From contig CANFCB010000003.1 in assembly GCA_947445025.1 (NCBI GenBank), forward strand, positions 1 through 59,943: a stretch of DNA of 59,943 nt. The letters are read 5' to 3'. A model generated the notes under the pieces. It did no database searches, was not told where the DNA came from, and saw nothing but the letters and a program-made list of their open reading frames with translations. This document shows, one piece after another, positions 27,272 through 35,693 of this stretch (its first letter is position 1; every line of letters starts with the position of its first letter). This stretch comes from Myxococcales bacterium. GTDB lineage: Bacteria; Myxococcota; UBA727; JABDBI01. A program made the translations under genes and the position numbers.

Positions 27272-29458
27272 TTAACGAACCAATGCTCTTAAATTTTTCT
27301 GCAGATTTTCAACCATAGCCTGCATTGCCCCCGCTATTTCATCATCCGTCAAAGTGCGGTCTAAAGCTCTCAGCGTTAAAGACACCGCGATCGATTTTTT
27401 GCCTTTTTCGATCTTGGGCCCTTTATAAACATCAAAAATACGTAAATCGCTGATAAAAGGCTTGAGGGCTTTGTCGCCCAGTATTTCTTTTTGTAGTTGG
27501 CCGGCAGTTATGTCTTCATCGAGCAAAAGAGCTAAATCTCTGGTGATTTCAGGAAATTTAGGCAATGGCTTTACCTGCTCATCTTCTTTGGTGAGCGTTG
27601 CCAGTTGGTCCATGCTTAATTCAAAAGCATAGACTGGCTTATCTAACCCAAACGCCGCTTGAACATCAGGATGAATTTCGCCAATCACTCCAAGCAAAAT
27701 ATCTACTTTGGATTTTTTTGGCTTCACCCAGATTTCAGCGCAAACACCCGGATGCAAAAACACAGAAGGCTCTTTGGCATGAACAAAATGCACCTGATCC
27801 GACATGCACCCAGAAGATATTTTAAGATGGACCAACAAAGCTTCTAAAACCCCTTTGAGATCATAAAAATCGCCGTTTTTCTGCTTGGTATCAAACGACC
27901 GAACACCTAACGCCCCAAAACTCACACCACTTAAGCGTGATTGCTCAATGGCCCAAGCATCTTGGTCTGCTTTTCCTTGCAAAAGTGAGGTATTCGGCGC
28001 TTTGCCATAGGAATTTTGCCCCAAAAATACATTGCCGATCTCAAATAAATGAACGCCCAACGCACCTTTACGCATATTGAGTACAACATTTTTTAGCAAG
28101 CCCGGCAAAAGAGACTGGCGCATCATACTTAATTCTTCGCCAAGGGGATTGGTTACCTGAATAAAGTCGGGGCTCTCTTTTGCTTTAAACAAATTATAGT
28201 CGCTCAAAGATCCAAAAGAAAAATTGATCGCTTCGAAAAATCCAGAAGCAATTAAAGACTGACGTGCCCTGTCGACATACTTGTCAGAACCAGCGTAGTC
28301 AGCGGCCAATAAACGCCTACTAAACGATAAACGAGAGGGTACTTTATCTAGACCAATTAGGCGCATGGCCTCTTCGATTAAATCGATTTCTCGTGTCAAA
28401 TCTGGACGAAAAGTCGGCACGCGAAAGATTAAAGCATCGCCCCTACGCCCAACAGTTTCAATCCCCAGCAATAAAAAGCGCGCACGAATTTTAGCTTCGT
28501 CTAAATCAGCCTCCAGGAGACCAGAGACATCGGCGATTTTTTGTTTGCGCACATAAATTTCTAAGGGAAGAACTGGCTTCGGATAAATATCAATCGCTTC
28601 ACGACGAACACGACCGCCAGAATGCTGCGCTATCAAATCTGCAGCTCTGTCCAATGCTGACAACACCATATTGGGATCGGTTCCGCGTTCAAAACGATAG
28701 CTGGCTTCGGTGCTAAGCCCATGCCTTCTGGCCTGCTTTCGAATCGTCGACGGATCAAAATACGCAGCTTCCAACAAAACACTGGTAGTTTTTTCCGTTA
28801 CTTCGGTGTCTTTACCGCCCATTACGCCTGCCAGCGCAATCGGATATTCTGCGTCGGCAATCACTACATCTTCAGGTGTTAATTTGCGTTCTTTGCCATC
28901 AAGCGTTGTTAGTGTTTCACCTATACTGGCATGCCTCACATTAATCACAGCACGATGTCGATCCTTTTGCAGCGTATTTAAATCAAACGCATGCAGAGGC
29001 TGTCCTCTTTCCAGTAAAATCAAATTGGTAATATCAACGATATTATTAACAGGCCTGATAGCAAGCGCAATCAAACGCATGCGCATATCTTCAGGACTTT
29101 CTTTGACGAGCACGCCGTCGATCACGCGACAGGCATAGCGCAAACAGGCATTTTTTGCATGTATACTGACTTGGGCTACATCGTTAATGGGTCCGCCTGA
29201 TTCTTTTATGGTCGAGTGCGGCGCATAAAATCGTGTCTGTAAAAGTGCTGCCAATTCTCTGGCAATACCGATGTGGCTTAAAGCATCAGGACGATTGGGC
29301 GTTATATTGACTTCAAAAATCTTGTCTTCAAGTGCCAGGCTTTCAGTGCAATGTTCAACTTCGAGTCCGCCCATTGTTAATTGATCAGCAATCTCTTGCG
29401 CCGATAATACTGCAGGTAACTCTACGAATTCCGATAACCACTTATAGCTAATAAGCAT
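27272..29458 (-). CDS. pheT: Phenylalanine--tRNA ligase beta subunit (apparently lacking the N-proximal tRNA-binding OB domain)
   Basis: MLISYKWLSEFV N-terminus, NITPNRPDALSHIGIAREL, B3/4, B5, FDX-ACB-like C-terminus. 728 aa against about 795 in E. coli. Confidence 0.9.
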   Translation of the reverse strand: MLISYKWLSEFVELPAVLSAQEIADQLTMGGLEVEHCTESLALEDKIFEVNITPNRPDALSHIGIARELAALLQTRFYAPHSTIKESGGPINDVAQVSIHAKNACLRYACRVIDGVLVKESPEDMRMRLIALAIRPVNNIVDITNLILLERGQPLHAFDLNTLQKDRHRAVINVRHASIGETLTTLDGKERKLTPEDVVIADAEYPIALAGVMGGKDTEVTEKTTSVLLEAAYFDPSTIRKQARRHGLSTEASYRFERGTDPNMVLSALDRAADLIAQHSGGRVRREAIDIYPKPVLPLEIYVRKQKIADVSGLLEADLDEAKIRARFLLLGIETVGRRGDALIFRVPTFRPDLTREIDLIEEAMRLIGLDKVPSRLSFSRRLLAADYAGSDKYVDRARQSLIASGFFEAINFSFGSLSDYNLFKAKESPDFIQVTNPLGEELSMMRQSLLPGLLKNVVLNMRKGALGVHLFEIGNVFLGQNSYGKAPNTSLLQGKADQDAWAIEQSRLSGVSFGALGVRSFDTKQKNGDFYDLKGVLEALLVHLKISSGCMSDQVHFVHAKEPSVFLHPGVCAEIWVKPKKSKVDILLGVIGEIHPDVQAAFGLDKPVYAFELSMDQLATLTKEDEQVKPLPKFPEITRDLALLLDEDITAGQLQKEILGDKALKPFISDLRIFDVYKGPKIEKGKKSIAVSLTLRALDRTLTDDEIAGAMQAMVENLQKNLRALVR

Positions 29459-29469
29459 CTCACTCCCAA

Positions 29470-30525
29470 TTAAAACTGCGACAAGAAACGCAAGTCATTG
29501 TCGTAGAAATGCCGAATATCTGAGATTCCATATTTTAGCATCGCCACTCGTTCGACGCCGATACCAAAAGCAAATCCAGAAACCTTCTCCGGATCAAAAC
29601 CGGCTGATTTAAACACTTCAGGGTCGACCATGCCGGCTCCTAAAATTTCAATATAGCCTGTGCCTTTGCACAAACGGCAACCAGCACCATCGCATTGAAA
29701 GCAACTCATATCTACTTCTGCAGAAGGTTCGGTGAATGGAAAGTAACTGGGACGCATGCGAATGCGGGCTTTTTTTGAAAAAACCTTTTCCACAAACGTT
29801 ATCAAGGTTCCTTTTAAATCAGCGAAAGTTACCAACTTGTCAACAAACAAACCTTCAATTTGATGAAAAATAGGAGAATGCGTCGCGTCTTGATCTCTAC
29901 GATAAACTCGACCCATGGTCGCAACACGAATCGGTATTTCTTTAAGAGAAAGCATGGTTCGTATTTGTACTGGACTAGTTTGTGTACGTAAAACCACATC
30001 TTTGTCGACATAGAACGTATCCTGCATTTCTCGAGCAGGATGATCAGAGGGAACATTCAGAGCTTCAAAATTATAAAAATCGTGCTCAATCTCTGGACCT
30101 TGGACTAAATCGAACCCAAGATTTCTCAGTACATTTAAGATTTTTTCAGAAGTAAGCGTTAATGGGTGCTTAGACCCAGACTCCGGCATTCTGCCAGGCA
30201 GTGTCACGTCGATTTGTCCGCTTAAAATCTTTTGACGTGCTTTTTTCTCGAGACGTGCGAAACTTTTTGCGATTAAATCTTCAACAAAGTCCCGCGCTTC
30301 ATTGGCGAGTTTGCCAAGTTCTTTGCGTTCTTCTGCAGGAAATTGTCCCATCAGTTTTAAGATTTGCGAGATACTGCCTTTTTTGCCTAAGGATTGCACT
30401 CGCACAGCTTCAACTTCATCGCGTGAAGCAGCAACTTTGAGCAAAGACTCTGCTTCTAGGCGCAACTTCTCGAGATCCTTTTTGACACGAGACGGTTTTA
30501 CTAAATCATCGTCGTGCATAAACAA
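29470..30525 (-). CDS. pheS: Phenylalanine--tRNA ligase alpha subunit
   Basis: HPLT, class II motifs including YFPFTEPSAEVD and GFAFGIGVERVAML. 351 aa. Confidence 0.9.
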   Translation of the reverse strand: MFMHDDDLVKPSRVKKDLEKLRLEAESLLKVAASRDEVEAVRVQSLGKKGSISQILKLMGQFPAEERKELGKLANEARDFVEDLIAKSFARLEKKARQKILSGQIDVTLPGRMPESGSKHPLTLTSEKILNVLRNLGFDLVQGPEIEHDFYNFEALNVPSDHPAREMQDTFYVDKDVVLRTQTSPVQIRTMLSLKEIPIRVATMGRVYRRDQDATHSPIFHQIEGLFVDKLVTFADLKGTLITFVEKVFSKKARIRMRPSYFPFTEPSAEVDMSCFQCDGAGCRLCKGTGYIEILGAGMVDPEVFKSAGFDPEKVSGFAFGIGVERVAMLKYGISDIRHFYDNDLRFLSQF

Positions 30526-30557
30526 CCTTCCAATACTTAAAAGTTCAGGTATTTAAT

Positions 30558-30905
30558 TTATGCATTTACGGAAGCAACAACCGCAGCAAAACCTGCAGGC
30601 TCAGACACTGCCAACTCTGCAAGAGCTCGGCGATCTAGCAATATGTTATTTGCTTTTAGTTTGCTAATAAATACGCTGTAGCTAAGTCCGTGAACTCGAA
30701 CTGCCGCATTTAATCTGATGATCCACAGTTTTCTAAATTCACGCTTTTTGACTTTGCGATCGCGATAAGCGTAAACCAACGCTTTTTCTACAGACTCTAC
30801 TGCTGTACGAAATAAGCGGCTGCGCGTACCATAATAACCTGAGGCCATTTTTAAAATGCGTTTACGACGATGCCTTGCTTTAAAGCCTCTTTTTACCCTA
30901 GCCAT
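30558..30905 (-). CDS. rplT: 50S ribosomal protein L20
   Basis: [19 protein letters not shown]... canonical L20 N-terminus. 115 aa. Confidence 0.95.
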   Translation of the reverse strand: MARVKRGFKARHRRKRILKMASGYYGTRSRLFRTAVESVEKALVYAYRDRKVKKREFRKLWIIRLNAAVRVHGLSYSVFISKLKANNILLDRRALAELAVSEPAGFAAVVASVNA

Positions 30906-30937
30906 AGTATTTAATCCTCTTTACAAAAACATAAAAC

Positions 30938-31171
30938 TTAAAACAAATAAGTCAGACCTCTCGCAATGCGAGCAGCGTCTCCTTTATTTAGATAGCCAGC
31001 TTTAACAAGCTGTCTTTTGCGCTTACGACTTTTATTGCTTAAGCAATGGGACTTACCCTTGGAAGGGTGTTTAATAAGCCCCGAAGCTGTCACGGTAAAG
31101 CGCTTTAAAGCCGCGCGCTTACTTTTCATTTTGGGGTTATTTTTACCCCTTGCTTTGTTGCAGCCCGCCAT
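30938..31171 (-). CDS. rpmI: 50S ribosomal protein L35
   Basis: PKMKSKRAALKRFTVTASGLIKH... L35 signature. The ATG at 31171 has an AGGA SD 9 nt upstream but adds about 14 aa to the usual N-terminus. The alternative start is 31129. Confidence 0.85.
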   Translation of the reverse strand: MAGCNKARGKNNPKMKSKRAALKRFTVTASGLIKHPSKGKSHCLSNKSRKRKRQLVKAGYLNKGDAARIARGLTYLF

Positions 31172-31293
31172 TTTTTACATCCTTTCAAAAACCGGTACAA
31201 TTATCATTAAAATTTTCTGCACCCTATCTGGACCGCTATAAAGGCGCAAGAGGGAAAAGCCTCATCTTTGATAAAGATCCCTTAATTGTGTTC

Positions 31294-31845
31294 TTAACCT
31301 TCTGTTTTCTTCTTTTGTCCGCCGCTCCCAGCTTTTTGTGGAGCTAAAATCATCACCATTTGCCGACCTTCCATGCGTGGAGAAGACTCAATCATGGCCT
31401 CCTCTAACAGTGCTTCACTCACCCGTTTTAACATGTCCTGGCCGATTTCAGGATGGACGATCTCTCGCCCTCTAAACATGATAGTAACTTTTCCTTTATT
31501 ACCTTCACCGAGAAAACTTCGTAATCGATTCACTTTGACTTCAAAGTCATGAATATCAGTTTTAGGGCGAAATTTAACTTCTTTAAGTTCAATGACTTGC
31601 TGCTTTTTCTTGGCATCGGCAGCTTTTCGCTTTTGCTGGTATTTGAATTTACCGTAATCCATGATCTTGCAGACTGGAGGCTTGGCCATTGGTGACACTT
31701 CCACCAAATCAAGACCCAACGCTTCCGCACGACGCAAGGCATCAGTGGTTGAAAGCACACCAAGCTGTTCGCCGTCTTCCATGACAACGCGGACTTCAGG
31801 AACACGAATACGTCGATTGATACGCGGCTCCATAGATCGTTTCAT
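31294..31845 (-). CDS. infC: Translation initiation factor IF-3
   Basis: INRRIRVPEVRVV...GEQLGVLS...PPVCKIMDYGKFKYQ matches IF-3. The ATG at 31845 has a poorly spaced SD. A possible upstream ATC/ATT start is described in findings. Confidence 0.9.
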   Translation of the reverse strand: MKRSMEPRINRRIRVPEVRVVMEDGEQLGVLSTTDALRRAEALGLDLVEVSPMAKPPVCKIMDYGKFKYQQKRKAADAKKKQQVIELKEVKFRPKTDIHDFEVKVNRLRSFLGEGNKGKVTIMFRGREIVHPEIGQDMLKRVSEALLEEAMIESSPRMEGRQMVMILAPQKAGSGGQKKKTEG

Positions 31846-31960
31846 GCCTCTTTCAGTATCGCCACCGCCGCCAGGGCCTGCGCCAAAGGTATTGTCACTT
31901 GGAACACCACCGCCTGAAGCGTTTTTTCCATTACCGTTAATGATAACTCATCCCCTTAAT

Positions 31961-33925
31961 TTAGATTACGATGACATCTTCATGCCAGAGCTCTGATTTT
32001 GACGCAATGGGGATTTTGGCCTGCTCCACACAATAACTGGAAATATCATGCTTACTCATGAAGCCCAAATCTTCACCGGATCGAAGCCGCAGCGCAGCGC
32101 CGCCTTTCTCCACTTCCTTTTCACCGACAATCAACATCAAGGGGATTTTGGCCAGCTGGGCATCGCGAATCTTAGCTCCGAGCTTATCGCTGCTCGAAGG
32201 GACATGAACACGCAAACCTTGAGCCCGTAAATGCACCTCCAAGTCTTGCGCATAGGGAAGATAGCGATCCGCAATGGTTAAGATGCGCACTTGCTCAGGC
32301 GCTAACCATACCGGAAATGCGCCGGCATATTCTTCGATCAAAATTCCAATAAATCTTTCTAGCGAACCAAGCAGTGCACGATGGATCATGACAGGTTGCT
32401 CTGCGGCGCCGTCTGAGTTGGTGTAAGTCAAAGCAAAACGTTCAGGAAGATTAAAATCAAGCTGGACTGTGGAGCATTGCCACAAACGATCAAGACTATC
32501 ACGCAGTTTGATATCGATTTTAGGCCCGTAAAAAGCGCCGCCACCAACATCTACCTGATAGCTAAGTCCATGTCTTTTGACTGCAGATAGAAGCGCAGTT
32601 TCCGCGCGATCCCATGCTGTCTCAGAACCAACATATTTTTCTGGCCGCGTCGCTAGATTGACTTCAAACTGGGTAAATCCAAAAGTTTTGAGCATCTGTA
32701 AAACGAAACCAATCACTTGATCGATCTCGCTATCGATCTGATCCCAGCGACAAAACAAATGGGCGTCATCTTGGGTAAATCCGCGCACACGCATGAGGCC
32801 GTGCATGACGCCAGCCAGTTCATAACGATACACGGTTCCAAGTTCCGCAAAACGCAAAGGCAAATCGCGATAGCTGCGGGGACGGTTTTTATAGGCCAGC
32901 GCATGAAAAGGACAGTTCATGGGTTTTAAAACGTATTCCTGCTCGTCAATAACCATGGGCGAAAACATACTGTCGCGATAAAATTCCCAATGCCCAGACG
33001 TTTTCCAGAGATCACTTTTGGCTATATGCGGCGAAAAAACAATCTCATAACCATTGTCAAAATGCATTTTGCGCGAGAAATCTTCAATGGCAACGCGCAG
33101 ACGACCACCTTTGGGCAGCCAAGTCACGAGGCCTGGGCCAATACTTGGATCTGACACAGAAAAAAGATCTAACATCGGGCCAAGTTTACGGTGATCGCGT
33201 TTTTTTGCTTCTTCTACGCGGTACAAATATGCGTCGAGTTCTTTTTGCGAAGCAAATGCAATCCCAGAAATACGCTGCAGCATTTCTCTGTTTGAATCAG
33301 CACGCCAATAGGATCCAGAAACGTTTAGCAATTTAAATGCTTTAATAAAACCAGCGTGAGGCAAATGCGGCCCACGACAGAGATCGACGAAATCTGCGCT
33401 TTGGTAAATACTAACTTCGTCAGCCAATACCCATTCCAGAATTTCTGGTTTGTATCTTTGCCCTAAAGCAGAAAATACTTCCAATGCTTCTGCTTTGGAA
33501 ACCATCTTTTTGCTGAAAGTTGTTTTTTCGGCAATAATCTTGGCCATTTCTTTTTCGATGCTGATTAAATCTTCGGGGGTAAAAGCCCGTCCCACATCGA
33601 AATCATAATAAAATTCATCGTCGTGGCTCTTGGGACCCATGGCTACCTGAGCACCGGGAAATAAACGGCACACTGCTGTCGCCAAAACATGCTCGCAACT
33701 ATGACGCAGCACATCGATGCCTTCAGGAGAATCAGCCTTGAAAAGGGCAACGCTCGCACCGTCTGGCAAGGGATCTCTTAAGTCTGCCACCTGATTGTTA
33801 ACTTTGGCAACGACTACGTGATTGGCAAATTGTGGGGAAATCGCTTGTGCCAAATCCATAGCAGTACTGCCATGCGGCAATTCTCTCATCGCGCCATCAG
33901 GCAGTTTCACTGTTATTTTATTCAT
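31961..33925 (-). CDS. thrS: Threonine--tRNA ligase
   Basis: TGS domain N-terminus, LCRGPHLPHAG, DHRKLG, class II core and anticodon-binding domain. 654 aa. Confidence 0.95.
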   Translation of the reverse strand: MNKITVKLPDGAMRELPHGSTAMDLAQAISPQFANHVVVAKVNNQVADLRDPLPDGASVALFKADSPEGIDVLRHSCEHVLATAVCRLFPGAQVAMGPKSHDDEFYYDFDVGRAFTPEDLISIEKEMAKIIAEKTTFSKKMVSKAEALEVFSALGQRYKPEILEWVLADEVSIYQSADFVDLCRGPHLPHAGFIKAFKLLNVSGSYWRADSNREMLQRISGIAFASQKELDAYLYRVEEAKKRDHRKLGPMLDLFSVSDPSIGPGLVTWLPKGGRLRVAIEDFSRKMHFDNGYEIVFSPHIAKSDLWKTSGHWEFYRDSMFSPMVIDEQEYVLKPMNCPFHALAYKNRPRSYRDLPLRFAELGTVYRYELAGVMHGLMRVRGFTQDDAHLFCRWDQIDSEIDQVIGFVLQMLKTFGFTQFEVNLATRPEKYVGSETAWDRAETALLSAVKRHGLSYQVDVGGGAFYGPKIDIKLRDSLDRLWQCSTVQLDFNLPERFALTYTNSDGAAEQPVMIHRALLGSLERFIGILIEEYAGAFPVWLAPEQVRILTIADRYLPYAQDLEVHLRAQGLRVHVPSSSDKLGAKIRDAQLAKIPLMLIVGEKEVEKGGAALRLRSGEDLGFMSKHDISSYCVEQAKIPIASKSELWHEDVIVI

Positions 33926-33944
33926 CGTTATTTTACCAAATTAT

Positions 33945-34019
33945 TGGTAGGCACGGCCGGTCTCGAACCGGCGACCCCTACCATGTCAAGGTAGTGCTCT
34001 ACCACTGAGCTACGCGCCT
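33945..34019 (-). tRNA. tRNA-Val (anticodon GAC)
   Basis: Hand-folded cloverleaf: acceptor AGGCGCG/CGTGCCT (one G-U), anticodon stem CTACC/GGTAG with loop TTGACAT, T-arm GCCGGTTCGAGACCGGC, encoded CCA. 75 nt. Confidence 0.9.
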
Positions 34020-34237
34020 AAAAACTTATCAGAAACCAACTTAAAGCAAGATATTCTTCTACTGTCAATAATGCCCTTCGATATTTTGACTGGGCTGATC
34101 GATCAAACTGCTAGCATCACCTTCATTTTTAAATTGGCTTTTTGCAAGTCTTTTTCCTTTAGTATTCATGCTTATTTACCTCGAGTACAGCGACAACAAC
34201 AATTTCACCAGAAATTTCCTCTTCCTAATTTTGCTGC

Positions 34238-34669
34238 TCAAGTCTTAAGAGATAAACCACAAGACAACAAAGATGGGGAATTCTCGATGCTCTGCATGGT
34301 CAATTCCACCAAAACACCAGCCTCGTTTAAAAACACTTGATTAGCGATGAGTAAATTCGCAGCAAGTACAAATCCGCGGCCTTCATTTTTCAGATCTTTC
34401 AATCTGCCTAAAATTCTCAAGGTTCCATGGCCAGTGATCCTGTCTCCATTTGCCATAATACCAGCCAGCTGAATTTCAGGAGACATTCTAGCTTGCTCGA
34501 GCAGCAAGGAATAATCCCCAAGAAAACTGATAAAGCGTAGCTGATCAATTTGCACCACATAAGCCAAATAATAGCTTTGCGTCAAATTGGGATTGAAAAG
34601 TGCACAGGTCCAACCCTGATGATCAAAAATTTTGGATTTTAGTGAAGCTTCAAGCTGCTGATATGGCAT
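34238..34669 (-). CDS. Hypothetical protein (143 aa)
   Basis: ORF 37 nt downstream of mvk on the same strand. No motif recognised. Confidence 0.5.
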   Translation of the reverse strand: MPYQQLEASLKSKIFDHQGWTCALFNPNLTQSYYLAYVVQIDQLRFISFLGDYSLLLEQARMSPEIQLAGIMANGDRITGHGTLRILGRLKDLKNEGRGFVLAANLLIANQVFLNEAGVLVELTMQSIENSPSLLSCGLSLKT

Positions 34670-34706
34670 TTCAACCTCTTACTTTAAAAAGCAGTGTAAT
34701 TGGCTT

Positions 34707-35693
34707 TTATTCCGTTTCGCATTTGGTTGCAAACGACAAATATCCGGCCTTGGTAAAAGCATCGACAATCGGCTTTGCATCATCATCAACCAACGCAATC
34801 ACTGCACCGCCGCCGCCAGCTCCAGTTAACTTGGCGCCAAGCGCACCTTTTTCGCGTGCTAGCGTGCACAATTTTTCTAACTCAGGTGTGGAGACCAACA
34901 AAGCATTTAAATAACCTTGATTGAGGTTCATTAATTCGCCAACCGCCGCTAATTTTCCCTCGCTGATCGCTACTCGCATTTCAGTGGCGATTTGCGAAAT
35001 TCCGGTAAATATATATTGATAAAGCCCTTCATGCCGGGAGGCTCGACTGCGCAACGCTTGCACAGCTTGCAAAGTCCCACCATGTGGCCCCGTTAAACCA
35101 ACCGCAAAATGCATGGCACGCTTCGGGATTATTTTTTCGACAATGTAACAGCTGCTTTCTTTTTTGTACCAAATCAAGCCACCTTGAGAAATCACGGTGT
35201 GATCGATTCCCGATGGATTGCCATGAAAAATTTTTTCCAAGGCCAAAGCTAATTCAGCCACGAGTTCGGTCGACACTGACTCCTCAAAAAAACGGTGAAG
35301 ACCTCGCACCATGGCTACGGAAAGCGCAGCCGATGATCCAAGCCCTCGACCCGCAGGAATGGCGCTGTCTGCCATTAATTCCAAATCACAAATGCGATCA
35401 CCGTAAAGTTCAATAAGCTTGGCCAAGGCGCGACGTAAAACTTCAGGCCCTTCACCATCTGGATCCGGACGCACTAGACCAGAGAATCCAAGGCCAGAAG
35501 CTTTTAAAACCGGACCTTTTTGATGTAATTTACGTGATTGTACTGCGATGCGAACACCGCGATCAAGCGTCGCTGCAATAGCAGGACAGTCATAAACAAC
35601 AGCATGCTCTCCGCTTAAAATAATTTTACCAGGCGCATAACTAAAGGCGACGTCCGCCCCTCCAGATAAATTTTCAGATGACTCGTTACTCAT
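34707..35693 (-). CDS. mvk: Mevalonate kinase (GHMP kinase)
   Basis: APGKIILSGEHAVVY, GHMP motif II GRGLGSSAALSVA, motif III KLTGAGGGGAVIAL. The ATG overlaps the HMG-CoA reductase stop (ATGA). Confidence 0.85.
   Translation of the reverse strand: MSNESSENLSGGADVAFSYAPGKIILSGEHAVVYDCPAIAATLDRGVRIAVQSRKLHQKGPVLKASGLGFSGLVRPDPDGEGPEVLRRALAKLIELYGDRICDLELMADSAIPAGRGLGSSAALSVAMVRGLHRFFEESVSTELVAELALALEKIFHGNPSGIDHTVISQGGLIWYKKESSCYIVEKIIPKRAMHFAVGLTGPHGGTLQAVQALRSRASRHEGLYQYIFTGISQIATEMRVAISEGKLAAVGELMNLNQGYLNALLVSTPELEKLCTLAREKGALGAKLTGAGGGGAVIALVDDDAKPIVDAFTKAGYLSFATKCETE

Noticed and set aside
31661-31996. A 111-aa plus-strand Pro/Ser-rich ORF spanning the infC-thrS junction.
   Set aside because: It is antisense to infC and to the thrS 3' end, and it is low complexity. 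The open frame reflects the Gly-codon-rich minus strand.
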